From the NCBI RefSeq assembly GCF_018350175.1, contig NC_058373.1, positions 115,508,001-115,572,000 on the forward strand: 64,000 nucleotides of DNA, read 5' to 3'. The notes under the pieces are model-generated. The model saw only the letters and a list, made by a program, of their open reading frames with translations. It had not been told where the DNA came from and did no database searches. This document shows, in pieces, positions 49,176-62,560 of this stretch. The DNA is from Felis catus (lineage: Eukaryota). The stretch's first letter is position 1; each line of letters opens with the position of its first letter. The translations under genes and the position numbers were made by a program.

Positions 49176-51413
49176 TATTTTTAAAAAGGATTATTCCTTC
49201 CCTAGTCTCCAGGATAAGGTCAGAAGAGGGTGTGATGGTTGGAAGTTTGACAAGGGCAGGGCATTTTCAAACTCCATGGTTGGCCTGAGGAACAATTATA
49301 GACAAAGGAGAGGACTGGAGAGGACTCAGCATCCCCTCAATACCATTCGTCACTTCACATCACTACATATTGATCTTAGCCTGTTTTAGGAAGGCTGTTC
49401 ACAAACGGGGATCATCTCGCCCCAGCACCTGCCCTCCCCAGTGTTACTGAATGCCTTTCAGAGGGCAGCCTTGCCTACTATCCAACACTGCTTTTTGTTC
49501 TCTCCTGGGGCTGAGGCTGTTCATTTACATATTCTTATCCCACCCCATATTTCATGAAGAGAGAGGGTCTTGTTCGAGTCTCCACGGGGGTTTGTGTGGA
49601 GGAAACAATGGTGCCAATCTGTCCTACTGAAGGCTCCTCAACCTTGGAGAAGTTCTCCACAAGAGGTCAGGTAAGTGGAGGAAGCATTTCAATTCACTTC
49701 CACCTAGCCTGATCCTGGCTGTTCCTCTTGACGGCTAAGCCCCGCATCCACACCTTTTCTTTTCCCAGAGATGCAAGAATTTGACCTTGTAGTCCCAATC
49801 AGTGCCAATTTCTGAAGCCCCCACTCCAATGACTTCCCCTGATTGCCCTCCCTCACTCTGTTGGCCTGGCTGGCTCCCTCACTCTGTTGGCCGGCTTGGC
49901 AGTGGGAGAGGGTCTGCTTCCCTTTCACCGCACATCTGTTTTGCCTCCAAATGCCGCCTCTCAACCCTGTTCAGGGCTGGAAGGTTTGCCGTCAATACGC
50001 ATTTCGAGCACAACACGTGCACCCTTCTGTCCCGGTGGTGGAAATAAAATGGGCTTGGGAAAGCCTGGCCTCACAGAGGCACAAGGACCAGCTGACAGGA
50101 GCCAGCCCAGAACACCTCTGGAACCCTCGGTTAAAGACACGTTTGTTTATACCGCACATCTGTGGGCAGCTGCCTTTCTGACGACATTCGGGGCACGAAA
50201 CAGGCAGAGTCGTTCACCTGAAACAGAAGGCGGTGACACTCCGGGGTGATCAAAGAAAACATACCAACAGTGACAGTAATATAATACATTTAAGATTCTG
50301 CATCTGCCTGGAGGGCCTTTCATCAAGGATTCCAAAGCACATTCTCCAGATCTTGCCCATTCATCTGTACGGCATCCCTGGGAAAGAGCTGGCAGGTAGG
50401 TAGGAGCACACACTATAAATAGAGTACCGTATCATTATCTTTGATGCGAATACTATGTATTTAGACAGCATTTCTCTGAAGAGCTAAAGGGCTCCACACA
50501 CATTAGATTATCTAATTCTAACTCATTCATACGGCAGCCCCCACACTGGCTGCCTTGCAGGTAGTCTGCAAAAGCTCTGGATCCACAGACACTCACCACC
50601 TTGATCGCTTCTCCCTCCTCCCTCGCCCCTGCTTAATTCACAGGCACTTCCCAGCGCCGCTCCCGCTAACGCTCAGGAGCCAGTACCATAGCTTGACTCA
50701 CCCTGTGTACGTGCCACACGCTTGGTCTTATGCCAGTGATGCCAAGGGCCGTAGGAAGAAGACGTGATACGTGTTCTTCCCGTGGGCTTTCATTCGGGTC
50801 TAGTTTGTTGAGTTTTGAAAGGCTCATTTGTACGGACTTCGTGATTACTACAAAGATACAAGTCAGGGAACAGGGGGCGCTGACCACACAGGCCCCCAGT
50901 CGAGGCTAAGCTATGAGGATAGCCCCCCTGTTCACCTTGAAAATGCACATCACCTTTAACACTGATCAAGAGGGAAAAAAAAAACAAAAACAAAAACAAA
51001 CTGATCAAGAGGATTTTCTTCCGTTGTAAGAGCATCTATATTTCCCCTCCACTGATACCATCAGGGACGTGAGGTTCTTCGTTTACCTACTCGTTGTCCA
51101 CATCACCGTCGTGAAGAATCAACCAAGCGTGTAATTATTGCCTCATTTGTCTTCCGCACTGTCCTAAGCAGTAGGAGGGCAGGGCGGTACTTGTTTTAAG
51201 TACAGGCGCGTAATAGAACTATTTGTTGAATGACTGAATGAGGGAATGAGTGACGGTGTGAATCCCAGCGAGCATTCTAATCATGCCCTTTGTTGTACTG
51301 GTTTCAGTTCCATTTTAGGGCATCATAAAGGCCTCCGCTCCCACTCTGTGTCATCACGCACCTGGGAAAGGCAGTCTCACCAACGCTTGATCCCCTCGGC
51401 CCTCAAGGAGACA

Positions 51414-52949
51414 GAGGGGCTGCTTGGGAAGAAACCAAATATTTTCCCTCTCCTCTCTGTTCCCAACACACTCAGACGAATCTCACCTGGCCTCAGCTTG
51501 GTTATATGACTTTCTCAAAAAGCCCACTGTCCCCAGCAAGCTCTCCCACCTGCGCCTGTATATGTGGTGTGGTGGGAAAAACACATGACCTCTGGGGTCC
51601 CAGACACCGGAGTTAAAATCTTAGCTCTAATGCTTACAGCTGTGTGACCTTGGCCAAGTTCCTAAGCTCTTTGAGTTTCTGTGTCTTCAGCAGTAACATG
51701 GAGATGATAACATCCACATCGGGTGGTGTGCAGGCTAAATGAGAAGACACAGCAGCAGGCTCAGTAAATCACTATTCCCTGCCCTTCTCTTCTATCCTCG
51801 ACCCTTCCTTTGACTCATCCTCCCTTCTGGCTGCCACTCATCCCTTGGATGCTTCTAACTGTCACCCCTAAGGTTTTAGACTCCATGCTGGAAGTGTTGA
51901 GACTCAGACTATATTTAGATGCCTTAGCTCTTTTATCTTTTACACCACTGTGTTGCTATGGTGATGGCTGGGAGGGAAGGAGGAGGACAGCCTGAAAGGG
52001 AAGATGGAGCTCAGCCATGAAGATGGGTAGATCTGGCTGGGGACTGCTCCCAGTGAACTGGTGCTCTCCAAGGACGCTTACTGTGTATTCCATCATCAGG
52101 AAGTGCACAAGGAGACGGGAGGAGGCCCTGCCTACTAAAGGTTCTTAAGAAAAGGGGAGATAAAGAAGAATGACTATTGAAAATTGCTCGCTCTGCTGGC
52201 CCCGTCACAGCCTTAGCTTCTGGAGCCTTCCTCAAATGGTTTCTCTATCAAACAAGTCCAGAATCAGAAAATGGGTTTGGCAGGAGAATGGCATCATGAT
52301 GTTATAGTTTGGAAGATGCTCAGACCAGACTCCTTCCCAAGAAGAAAGTCCCCTTTCTTGCTGCTGAATGTGGGGAAACTCTTGTCCCGCTCAGCTCTGA
52401 AGAACTGGTGGAAGAAACAAAGAGATCAGTGGAGCCACATCACAGCACAGGATTGTCATAGATTCGGTTCGTAGGGGGAACTAAAGTCACACAAAGGCAG
52501 AGAATGATCCTTTATCCATAATCAAAACTCTACATGCTCATTGGATTTGAATGTGAGCGTGGCAGGCTCTAAGCTGATGACAAAAACTTACACTGTAGAA
52601 TAAGTCAGTTTTCATAAAGGTACTACTCACACATCATTTCACTGGATCCTAAAAATGGCCTGATGAAGTAGAATTATCTTTACATGAGGAAATGACACAG
52701 AGAGATTGGCAACCTGCCCAAGTCACGCTTCTAATCACACAAGATTTTAACTCCGGTGTCTGGGACCCCAGAGGTCATGTGTTTTTCCCACCACACCACA
52801 TATACAGGCGCAGGTGGGAGAGCTTGCTGGGGACAGTGGGCTTTTTGAGAAAGTCATATAACCAAGCTGAGGCCAGGTGAGATTCGTCTGAGTGTGTTGG
52901 GAACAGAGAGGAGAGGGAAAATATTTGGTTTCTTCCCAAGCAGCCCCTC
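51414..52949. repeat. Perfect 209-bp inverted repeat (51414-51622 / 52741-52949) with an 1118-bp spacer
   Basis: Base-by-base reverse-complement comparison found no mismatch over 209 bp. Confidence 0.95.
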
Positions 52950-53372
52950 GGTTTCCTTTGAGCTGGTAAATGGCAGAGCAGGGATTTGGATCCAGGCCAC
53001 CTGCGCTCCAAATCCAGTGTTCTTTCCATACCAATGAATATCACAAACAATTTCTTAAAGCTGAAGAAATTTGTGTCAAGAAGGAAGCCTACAGTGAAGT
53101 ATAACCAAGCATAGCAGTCAAATCAGAGGTGCTGCTGTTGAAGTGGGGGGTTTCCTCTTGGACAACCTCTCCTCCCAGCCTCACATGCTGGGAGAGAAAG
53201 TTTTCTCAGAGTGTAGTCATGGAAGCACCCATATTACAAACATCTGGGGTAACTGTTAAAGTGTTAATTCCCAGAGCCCAATCCCAGATTCTGATTCAGT
53301 AGATCTGGGGATGATGCCTAGGAAACTACATTTGGACAAACATCCCAGGAGATTCTTATAAACACCAACTTA

Positions 53373-53594
53373 GGGGCGCCTGGGTGGCGCAGTCGGTTAA
53401 GCGTCCGACTTCAGCCAGGTCACGATCTCGCGGTCCGTGAGTTCGAGCCCCGCGTCGGGCTCTGAGCTGATGGCTCAGAGCCTGGAGCCTGTTTCCAATT
53501 CTGTGTCTCCCTCTCTCTCTGCCTCTCGCCCGTTCATGCTCTGTCTCTCTCTGTCCCAAAAATAAATAAACGTTGAAAAAAATTTAAAAAAAAA
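53373..53594 (+). mobile_element. Young SINEC_Fc-type SINE (adjacent to a MER5-like remnant at ~53200-53360)
   Basis: TSD taaacacYaactta. Confidence 0.9.
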
Positions 53595-54671
53595 TAAACA
53601 CTAACTTAACTGGAGGTAGACTAGCAAACTCTTGAGCCAAAAAATTGGGAGATGGGACATAACTGTATGACCTCTTTCTCTTTTCCTATCTGATTTCACA
53701 AGTGCATTTATAGCAGCCTAGCCTGAGGCATCTCAAAACAATCAGGCTGGACTGTTTTTTGGTTTCCAACTGCCCTTTGGGCCTCCGCCAGTTGCTAAGC
53801 CCTGGGCTCTAGACTACAAGCTGGTCATCAGGGTCCAGATGAAATCATAGCCATTGTCTGACCTTGGTGGGTCATCATTGTGCCTAACACAGCAGATATG
53901 CATCCAAAGAAGCTCCAGGTCAGGGTAGGAAGAATGGGTACCACACGCAAGAGCACACAAGTAATGTTTATCAGGTGAAAAGTCCCAAAGGAGCATGTGA
54001 GATTTGGACTAAAATATACTTATTGGCCAAGAGCAAAGTCTGGAAAAATATACAGGGATGTGAAAGCTCACCCGTTGATTTTTCACTCACTGAAGGGTTG
54101 AGAGAACTCTACAACAAAGGAAGGAAGTTCTAATGATGCAGCTGAAGGAGGAAGTCAAGATTAAGCTAAGGTTTTTAGCTTCCCTATGTTCTAAAGACCT
54201 AATGATGCCCCCCTCCCCTATAAGTAATGGCTTCCTCTGCTCCAGACACTGATTTACACAAATAAGTCATTTAATCCTTCCTAGTGTCCTATGAGGCACT
54301 ATTAGAGTTTCTAGTTTGCAGGTGAGGAAACTGAAACTATTAGAAGTTAAGTAATTTTGCCCAAGGTTACTCAGCCATAAGTGACAGAACCAGGATTTGA
54401 TCCCAGTGGTCTGATGCCAAGGCCTGTGAATACTCTTACCCAAAACTAGCCCATAAAATAAGTGTAAGTCCAATTAAGTTATCATGATGAGGGTTTTTTC
54501 AATCTCAAATTATTTCAATTTTTCCCAATTTTTGGGCGGGGGGGATGATCCCTATTTAGCTGATATTTTTGAGGAATCCGGTACTGGGTAAGTGAAGGAA
54601 TGTCTCCAAGAAGGTTATTTTCCCAATTTTCCCCCCTTTCTGCTTCCTGATCTTTCAGTAGATTGCATTTT

Positions 54672-54882
54672 TAAAAAAATTTTAATGTTTACTTACTTTT
54701 GAGAGAGAGACAAAGCACAAGAGGGGGAGGGGCAGGGAGAGACAGAGACACAGAATCCGACGCAGGCTCAAGGCTCAGAGCTGTCAGCACAGAGCCTGAC
54801 GTGGGGCTCGAACTCACAAACCGTGAGATCATGACCTGAGCCGAAGTCGGACACTCAACCGACTGAGCCACCCAGGTGGCCC
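54672..54882 (-). mobile_element. CAN-SINE
   Basis: TSD agattgcatttttaaa. Confidence 0.88.
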
Positions 54883-55549
54883 AGCAGATTGCATTTTTAA
54901 AGCTGTCTTTTAAAAAATGTGTTTTAAAAAACCCCAACAACTAAGGACTACAATACATTTATTATGTAAGTCCTGCCTCTAAGGCAGAGCCACTGTCCCA
55001 TCTGCCCTAGAAACTTTCCCCAGTGACTTGGCCCACACACCGCCTCCCATTTCTAGTTTGTAGCAACCACTTGGCATCCAACACCCACAACCTCTCTTCT
55101 CCCATCCTTACTGTCCTGTGAGCTCCATGGGGGCATGGCCAGGTTGTACATCTCTGTTCCTCTAGCGCTTGGTTACAGTGAGGTTAACTTGAGCCACTGA
55201 GCATTCATAAAGGAACAGGAAGTTGAACGAAGGGAAACCAAAATTGAAGGAGGCCAAGGAATTATGGGTATAAGGGGAGGTGAGAACGGGTAGCCTGAAT
55301 TCACCCGCTTCCTGCGCAATTTTAATATAGGTGGAAACACTCTTGAATACATCTTTCCTTTCCCATTTGTATGATTCTCCGGGATCATAATCTCCTCTAC
55401 TTATCACTTGTCCTGGGGTTAAGAAGGGATAAGTAGGAGAGAAAGGAGGATAAGGACTGAAGGAGACATGACCTAAACTTAAATCATGATCCCAGCTTAT
55501 GATCCAAAGGAAGTTGGCTGATTCTAGCTTTAAAGCACTCCTAAATTCA

Positions 55550-55873
55550 TTCGGCAGCTAATGGACATTTAGGCTCTTTCCATAATTTGGCTATTATTGA
55601 AAGTGTTGCCATAAACATTGGGGTACATGTGCCCCTAGGCATCAGCACTCCTGTATCCCTGGGTAAATTCCTAGCAGTGTTATTGCTGGGTCGTAGGGTA
55701 ATTCTATTTTTAATTTCTTGAGGAACCTCCACACTGTTTTCCAGAGCGGCTGCACGAGTTTGCATTCCCACCAACAGTGCAAGAGGGTTCCCGTTTCTCC
55801 ACATCCTCGCCAGCATCCGTGTTGTATGGAAACCATTTTGTCAATACATTATATTTAAAAAAAATAAATTAAA
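55550..55873. mobile_element. 5'-inverted (twin-primed) L1 insertion
   Basis: Minus-strand ORF2 piece (55550-~55817) joined to a plus-strand L1 3' end and A tail. TSD taaagcactcctaaattca (55531-55549, 55874-55892). Confidence 0.88.
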
Positions 55874-57865
55874 TAAAGCACTCCTAAATTCAGACGCAAC
55901 ATGACTGGTTTCTACTGTGCCATTTTGGAAACTGACCTGGTTCCTCACCCCAGCGTGTCCCTCAGATTCTGGCCACATACGTACAGTAATTCATTTTTTC
56001 AAGAATTCATCCCTCAGGCATGCGGCCCTCTGCTTGAGATATCTTCTCTCTGGATAGCCCTTCACAGTTTATGAAATGCTCTTTCATGTATGACCATTCA
56101 AGAGTTTCCCAACTGCCCTGTGGGGTAGGCAGGGCAGTTATCAGGGACCGCACCCTGCTTACTGCTGAAAATGGAATTGTGGGGTTAGTTTGGGTCTATT
56201 TCCTCTCTCCCAAAGGAAAACGAAATCCTATTAGAAAGGCAGCTGGCGAATGTCTTAATTTGGGGAGAAAGAAGAGAAAGAGATGAGCCAAAGTTAGTGA
56301 TAATACCAGACAGCAGACAACTGACCATGTTTTGTATTCCTAGCTGCCTAAGTACCAACTTCCAACACAGGAAGAGTAAGGAAGGAATGCCAGTAATTCT
56401 TTGCATTTGCACTGGGTGCTTCTGTTTACAGAGTTATTTCGTTTTATCCTCACAACAACCTAGTGACATCTGTGTAGTTACCACCACTCACATTTGAGGG
56501 GTGTGGCAATTGAGACCAGGAAGAATGAAGAGATTTACCCGAGGTCACACAACTGATAAATGGCACTGCTCGGATTAGGCTCACATCTTTAGATGACAAG
56601 CCAAGGATCTTTTCAATACTCTATTCTTCCTTCCTCCAAAGAGCTCTACCCAAGCCATACCTGGGGATTCTGAAGGTAACAGAAGCAGTGACAGCAGCAC
56701 TGACAATTAGTCGCTGAATCTGTTTTAATTAAATGATCCTGAATAAGATCATCTCATCTTGGTTATTTTCCAAGATGGAGGTGGTAGCCCACATGCTTAG
56801 GCATCTTCTTTATTTCACAAACTTCCCTGTCTTGCTTCCTACAAGTGGCTGTAAAGTTGCCTTTTTTTTAACCATACCCTCCATTAAGAGTAGTTTCAAT
56901 GCTTTTCGCTGCCAACTTTCTCGGGCTGGAGGATAGAAATCCTGTGGGTGGGTTGTTATCTTTTCTTTTCACCCTGTTGGTCATTATTCAGCCAAGCTTA
57001 ACACATTTCTGCCTTTTCATTCCCCACCCCCCCACCACACACACACACACTGTGTCTAGTCAAGTTTCTAAAAAAGCAAACTTGCCATTGAAGCCATCAG
57101 ACAGAGCACTTAGCATTTTCCTCACATGCACATACTTTCAAAGTATTTTTCCATCTCTCTCCTGGGTTCAGTCTCTACAGGAAATATGGTATCCGGGAGT
57201 GTGGCATTAAGAGAGCGGAACATGGAATATTTTCTGGAATTGCTAATGCCTAATTGGGATTCATCAAATATTCACTGAGGAAGACAAGAAATGGAGTTGG
57301 GGAGAGACATTAGGGACCCGCCTCAGGTCAGAAGCTGGACTGCGCAGTGTAAAGAGCCCTCGATCTCCAGAGTTCTAGAATTCTGTTTCCCAAATGACAC
57401 TTGAAACATTTGAAATGGAAGACAAAGAACAGTGGACATGTTAGCACAAGGATGGAGGAAGAAGAGGCATTGACATGCTTTATAAGGCAGACAATAGAAG
57501 GGAAGACATGACTAGACAAACTTGGGGTGGAGGAAATGGGGGAAAGTGAGTGCTTTCCTGGGCTCCAGAAACTTAGTCCATTTACACACGGCTATGAGCG
57601 TGTTATGGGCAAAGAGTGTGATAGGTGTTAGGGGCTGAAGGAGTTACAAGCATAAGTAAGACATTGTTTTTTAGCTCAAGGAGCTTGGCATGAGGCAGAT
57701 CACAAATGTAGAGAAACTGGCCTAGAAGATCCGGCCAAATTCAGAGTTACGGATTCCTGTCTGTGGCCATTTCACCCAGGCTCTAATCTTAGGAAAGAGA
57801 ATGGATTGGCACCCCATTTTCCATGCGTGAAATGAAACATACAACCCATACACAAAACCATAGAG

Positions 57866-57873
57866 TAGTAGTA

Positions 57874-57915
<42 letters not shown>
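57866..57915. repeat. (TAG)n(TAA)n trinucleotide repeat
   Basis: Direct reading. Confidence 0.95.
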
Positions 57916-57918
<3 letters not shown>

Positions 57919-60115
57919 CACATAAAAGCAGATTATAATTTTCTCTTTCTTTCCACCCACTCTCCTAGGCTCTTTTTGGTGTTGACACTGAAGATGAAAC
58001 ACGGACCTGATTTCTCCTGCATAACGGTATTTGTAGTTTGTGTTGGTGACTATTTAGTGTGATGTCCCTGAGGCCCTTCTCTTAACTTTAACCTGCCCAA
58101 CTCCTCACCTGTGTTGACCCACATTGACCGAATCCCTACAACAAGGCCAGTACTGTGTTTGACACCCAGTCAAGCATCATAATATGATGGCAGAGATAAA
58201 TAAAAAGAGTTCTTTGAGAATTCACAGTCGAATGGGGAAGGCAGACACGTAAGCAGATACTTACACTGCAAACTCAGTCTGATTACGAAACTGGGAAGGA
58301 CTCTGAAGTTCCTATAGGTCTCAAGCCACACATCATTTCATAGTAACACCTATTACTTACATATCATTCAATAGTTTCCAGGCATCGTTTCACATGCCTT
58401 ACATGTGCTGACTTAACAAATCTCCACAATCCAACCAGGTAGAAACTATTATTTTATTCACTATCCTTTCAGAGATGAAATAATGGAGGCACAGGGCAGT
58501 TAAGCCACTTGCCTAAGGTTGCACAGCTAATAAATGACAGAGACAGAATTTGGACTTAGATAGCCTAGCTCCACAGTCCCTTAACCACCATACCACACTG
58601 ATAAGATAATAAAAGTTGCTCTCCAGTGAGACAGAAGGAGATAGTGGCCTCTGTCATCCGCGATCACCTTTGGGTTTCTCTGGCTTCTTTTCAACCAACA
58701 TTTATCGAACATTCCTGATGTGCCAGGCACCATGCTAAGTGCTTTCAACACATCTCACTTAACCCTCATTACAACCGAGTGAGGCAGGTGCTAACACTCT
58801 GCCTTGTCACAGACTGAACGTTTATATGTCTCCCCCCAACCCCCGCAAAATTCTGGAGTTTCAAGAACAGTAAGGTAAGATCTTCCAGTTTCCTTGGCTT
58901 AAGACCAGCCACACCACATTCTTCACTCTGGGAATGTGTTTGTATCCACGTCTTGCTGAGACTGACTCAGAATGCGAAACCCAGGCCCCCTACTCCACAG
59001 AGCCAGTGCTGAGTTAGGAGAGCTGCAGTCCCTTGTGGTTCCCAAGGTCCTGAGTGACTGGAGCCTGGGGCTGCTGCTGCTGGCACCTTCCACAGGTGCC
59101 CACCGTCCAATGCACAGGCCTCACCCACCATCTTTGATCATTATTTAAGAAAACAAAAATTCTCCAAGGATCGCTAGCCACCTAACAAGTTTTTAAAGCC
59201 ATTACAATTGCCCAAGGGGAAAAATGATTCAGGATCATTCCTATTTCCACATGTCCTGGCCAAAGTCCAAGCTAGAGTATTATTAGGATAACCATCATAA
59301 AAATGAGAAAAGGAAGATAGTTTAATAAAGAATAAGGAGCCGGCCGACAGGCAGATGATACTCTGAAGGAGTACTGCCTTCCTAAGAAGGCTCTTGGGTT
59401 GCTGTGCAACTCCCGTTCACCTCCTGAAACTTCCTGGACCACTGGCTGCGGGTGCACGATATCTATCGATGGCCCAGCAGTCACGTAAATGCTGTCCATC
59501 AATGGCCATAGGGGCTTGTGTCCAACAGGTTCAGGCACTTGCCACTTGATCTCATTTATCTTCACTTTTTTTTTTTATTGCTTTGCTCTAAAAAATATAT
59601 ATATATCCTGAGTGCTACAATCTCCTCTCTTTCCCGTCTTAAGCAGCTACTCTTTATCAAATACTCAATTCCATTTTCTGGGTGCACAGAAAAATCACTT
59701 GAGCTGCCATTCACAATTTTGGCTCTTAAGGCAAATCAAACAAATTCAAAACAATTGCTACAAGAGCTAAAAGGCAAAAATAATTCAGCACCAACTTTTA
59801 CACGCTTTGGCTTCATGGAACTTGAGCTCCATGTGCTATCTGTCATCCCCACTTTATACAAGAAACACAAGGGTCAGAACTTTGCAACCCGTGCGATTTC
59901 CAAGTGGGAGATTAACTAACCAGTCTTCCAAATATTCATGGCTCATCTACATTTGCAAGGAAGTGTGCTGGAAGCTGACAGAGTATAAGTCAGATTTTGT
60001 GCTCACCAAGAGATTACAGTATATATAGTACTTGATAGTTATAGAACAGCTACTGCAGGAAATGTGCAGGCAGTGTGGAGAAGGCTTACTTGGTAGGTAT
60101 GAAAATGTTCTTGGA

Positions 60116-60683
60116 GAACTACCCTATGACCCAGAAATTGCACCACTAGGTATTTATCCAAGGGATACAGGGGTGCTGTTTCGAAGGGACACATGCACCC
60201 CCATGTTTATAGCAGCATTATCAACAATAGCCAAAGTATGGAAAGAGCCCAAATGTCCATCGATGGATGAATGGGTAAAGAAGATGGGGTACATATACAC
60301 AATGGAGTATCACTCGGCAATCAAAAAGAATGAAATCTTGCCATCTGCAACTACGTGGATGGAACTGGAGGGTATCATGCTAAGTGAAATTAGTCAGAGA
60401 AAGACAAAAATCATATGACTTCACTCATATGAGGACTTTAAGAGACAAAACAGATGAACATAAGGGAAGGGAAACAAAAATAATATAAAATCAGGGAGGG
60501 GGACAAAACAGAAGAGACTCATAAATATGGAGAACAAACTGAAGGTTACTGGAGGGGTTGTGGGAGGGGGGATGGGCTAAACGGGTAGGGGGCACTATAG
60601 GGAACCTACTCCTGAAATCATTGTTGCACTATATGCTAATTCGGATGTAAATTTAAAACATAAAATTAAAAAAAAATTTTTTT
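60116..60683 (+). mobile_element. 5'-truncated L1, ORF2 end plus 3'UTR
   Basis: ELPYDPEIAPLGIYP...WMELEGIMLSEISQ; flanked by aatgtYcttgga. Confidence 0.92.
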
Positions 60684-60739
60684 TAATGTCCTTGGAAGAG
60701 CTGGGATGGAGCTGCTCGTTAGAAATACATATGATTCTT

Positions 60740-60965
60740 GGGGCGCCTGGGTGGCTCAGTCAGTTAAGCATTCGACTTCAACTCAGGTCACGATCTCGCC
60801 GTCTGTGGGTTCGAGCCCCGCATCGGGCTCTGGGCTGATGGCTCGGAGCCTGGAGCCTGTTTCTGATTCTGTGTCTCCCTCTCTCTCTGCCCCTCCCCCG
60901 TTCATGCTCTGTCTCTGTCTGTCTCAAAAATAAATAAACGTAAAAAAAAAAAAAAAAAGAAAGAA
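60740..60965 (+). mobile_element. CAN-SINE
   Basis: TSD agaaatacatatgattc. Confidence 0.9.
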
Positions 60966-62334
60966 AGAAATACATATGATTCGGGTAGGTGAAGTGAAGA
61001 AAAAACAAACAGTGTGGCATTCAAAGAGGAAAATGCAAAGTGCATTCAGCAGGCCATGTGGCCAGAGCACAAAGGTTGTGGGAGCCAGTGAGTAATGGCT
61101 TATACATCCGGTTGGTGATGTTCAGCAGTCCCTTCGGAATAGAATCCGTGTGGGCTTGTTTTCTGGGGAAGCCAGTGCCTACCACCTCCTATGGCTACTG
61201 CCCTTTCTTTCCCAAGGGCTGCCTGAGAGGCGCAAACACTCGGAGCTGCGTCAGCTGGGACAATTCCGTCCTCCCTGCCGCCCTCACGTAGTGGTTCCTT
61301 CCCCAGCAGGGCCACAAACCCCTTTCCTGCTGTGTCTCTCTCCTGTTTGCTGATATGTGGGTCACTTGCCTTAACATTGAAGACCTTGGTACCTGGCTCA
61401 CAATCTTCCCGCCGGCATCCCGGCCGATGGTAGTGGCCCCCCAAAATGACGAATCCAAAAATCCTTGCCCCTCGACCCACGGACCTTGTCATCTTTAATG
61501 ACCTTCACCACTACTTCAGCCACCCACTCTCAAGCCTAGGCCCTGAGCTTTTTCTCATCCTCTAGAATTGCTCTGTCTCTGGAAGAACGCGTTCACCCAC
61601 CCCAAAGCTGAACTTACCATCTTCTTTACCAACGCCACTTCTCGTCCATTCATCCCCACGCCAGTAGATCACAGCACCGTGCATTCATTCCTGCATTTAG
61701 CTCCCTCTCCGGGCCACCCTCACTCCCGGTCGGGCACCAGATCCTGTGCTTTCTGCCTTCTTCGAGCTCACAAATACAACGTCTTCTTTCCATTCTCTTC
61801 TCAAACTCTTATTCACCGGCCACCTCCGGCCTGGATTCCAGTAACAGCCTCCCAAACCCATCCCTGGGACCCGACTTGTGCCCACTCGGTGTCATTCTCA
61901 CAACCGAGCTACAGCCATCTTGTCAAGCTGCAAATCTCACTAGGCCACCCCCCCTTCTTTATTGAATGGTTCTTCACTGTCCTCCAAACTTCTCAGCACG
62001 CTGTCAAAGGCCCTCTTCTCCACTGCTGCGACGCCCAATTCTTTCTTTCTTTCTCCCCCAATTCCTACACACACCCCCAGCCTCAGACATCATGCTTTCT
62101 GAGACGCTTTCCCAACCACCCTGGACTGGTTTGGTGTGTTTCTCAGGGCACTGTCCCACAGCACCTTGTGCTTGCCTCTGATGACACTTAATCACGCTCA
62201 GTTGACATTTCTTGTTTATAGACGGTCCCCAGCACCAAGCAGTTTCCAGAACACAGCAGAAGCTCATGAATGTTCGTGAAATAAACAAATCAATGATGGA
62301 AGAAGAGATACATGAGAAAAACATTTTGCTCTAA

Positions 62335-62361
62335 ATTTTAAAAAAAATTTTAATGTTTATT

Positions 62362-62398
<37 letters not shown>

Positions 62399-62560
62399 AA
62401 GCGGGGGAGGGGCAGACAGAGAGGGAGACACAGAATCCGAAGCAGGCTCCAGGCTCTGAGCTGTCAGCACAGAGTCCACATGGGGCTCAAACTCATGAAC
62501 TGTGAGATCATGACCCGAGCCGAAGTCAGAAGCTTAACCGACTGAGCCACCCAGGCGCCC
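62335..62560 (-). mobile_element. CAN-SINE with expanded (GA)n
   Basis: TSD agaaaaacattttg. Confidence 0.88.

Noticed and set aside
51414..52949. Autonomous DNA transposon interpretation of the 209-bp inverted repeat
   Set aside because: No TSD, no transposase ORF in the spacer, and the arms include a MIR head.
61568..62191. 207-aa + strand ORF
   Set aside because: Pyrimidine-rich sequence resembling decayed L2; no homology recognised.
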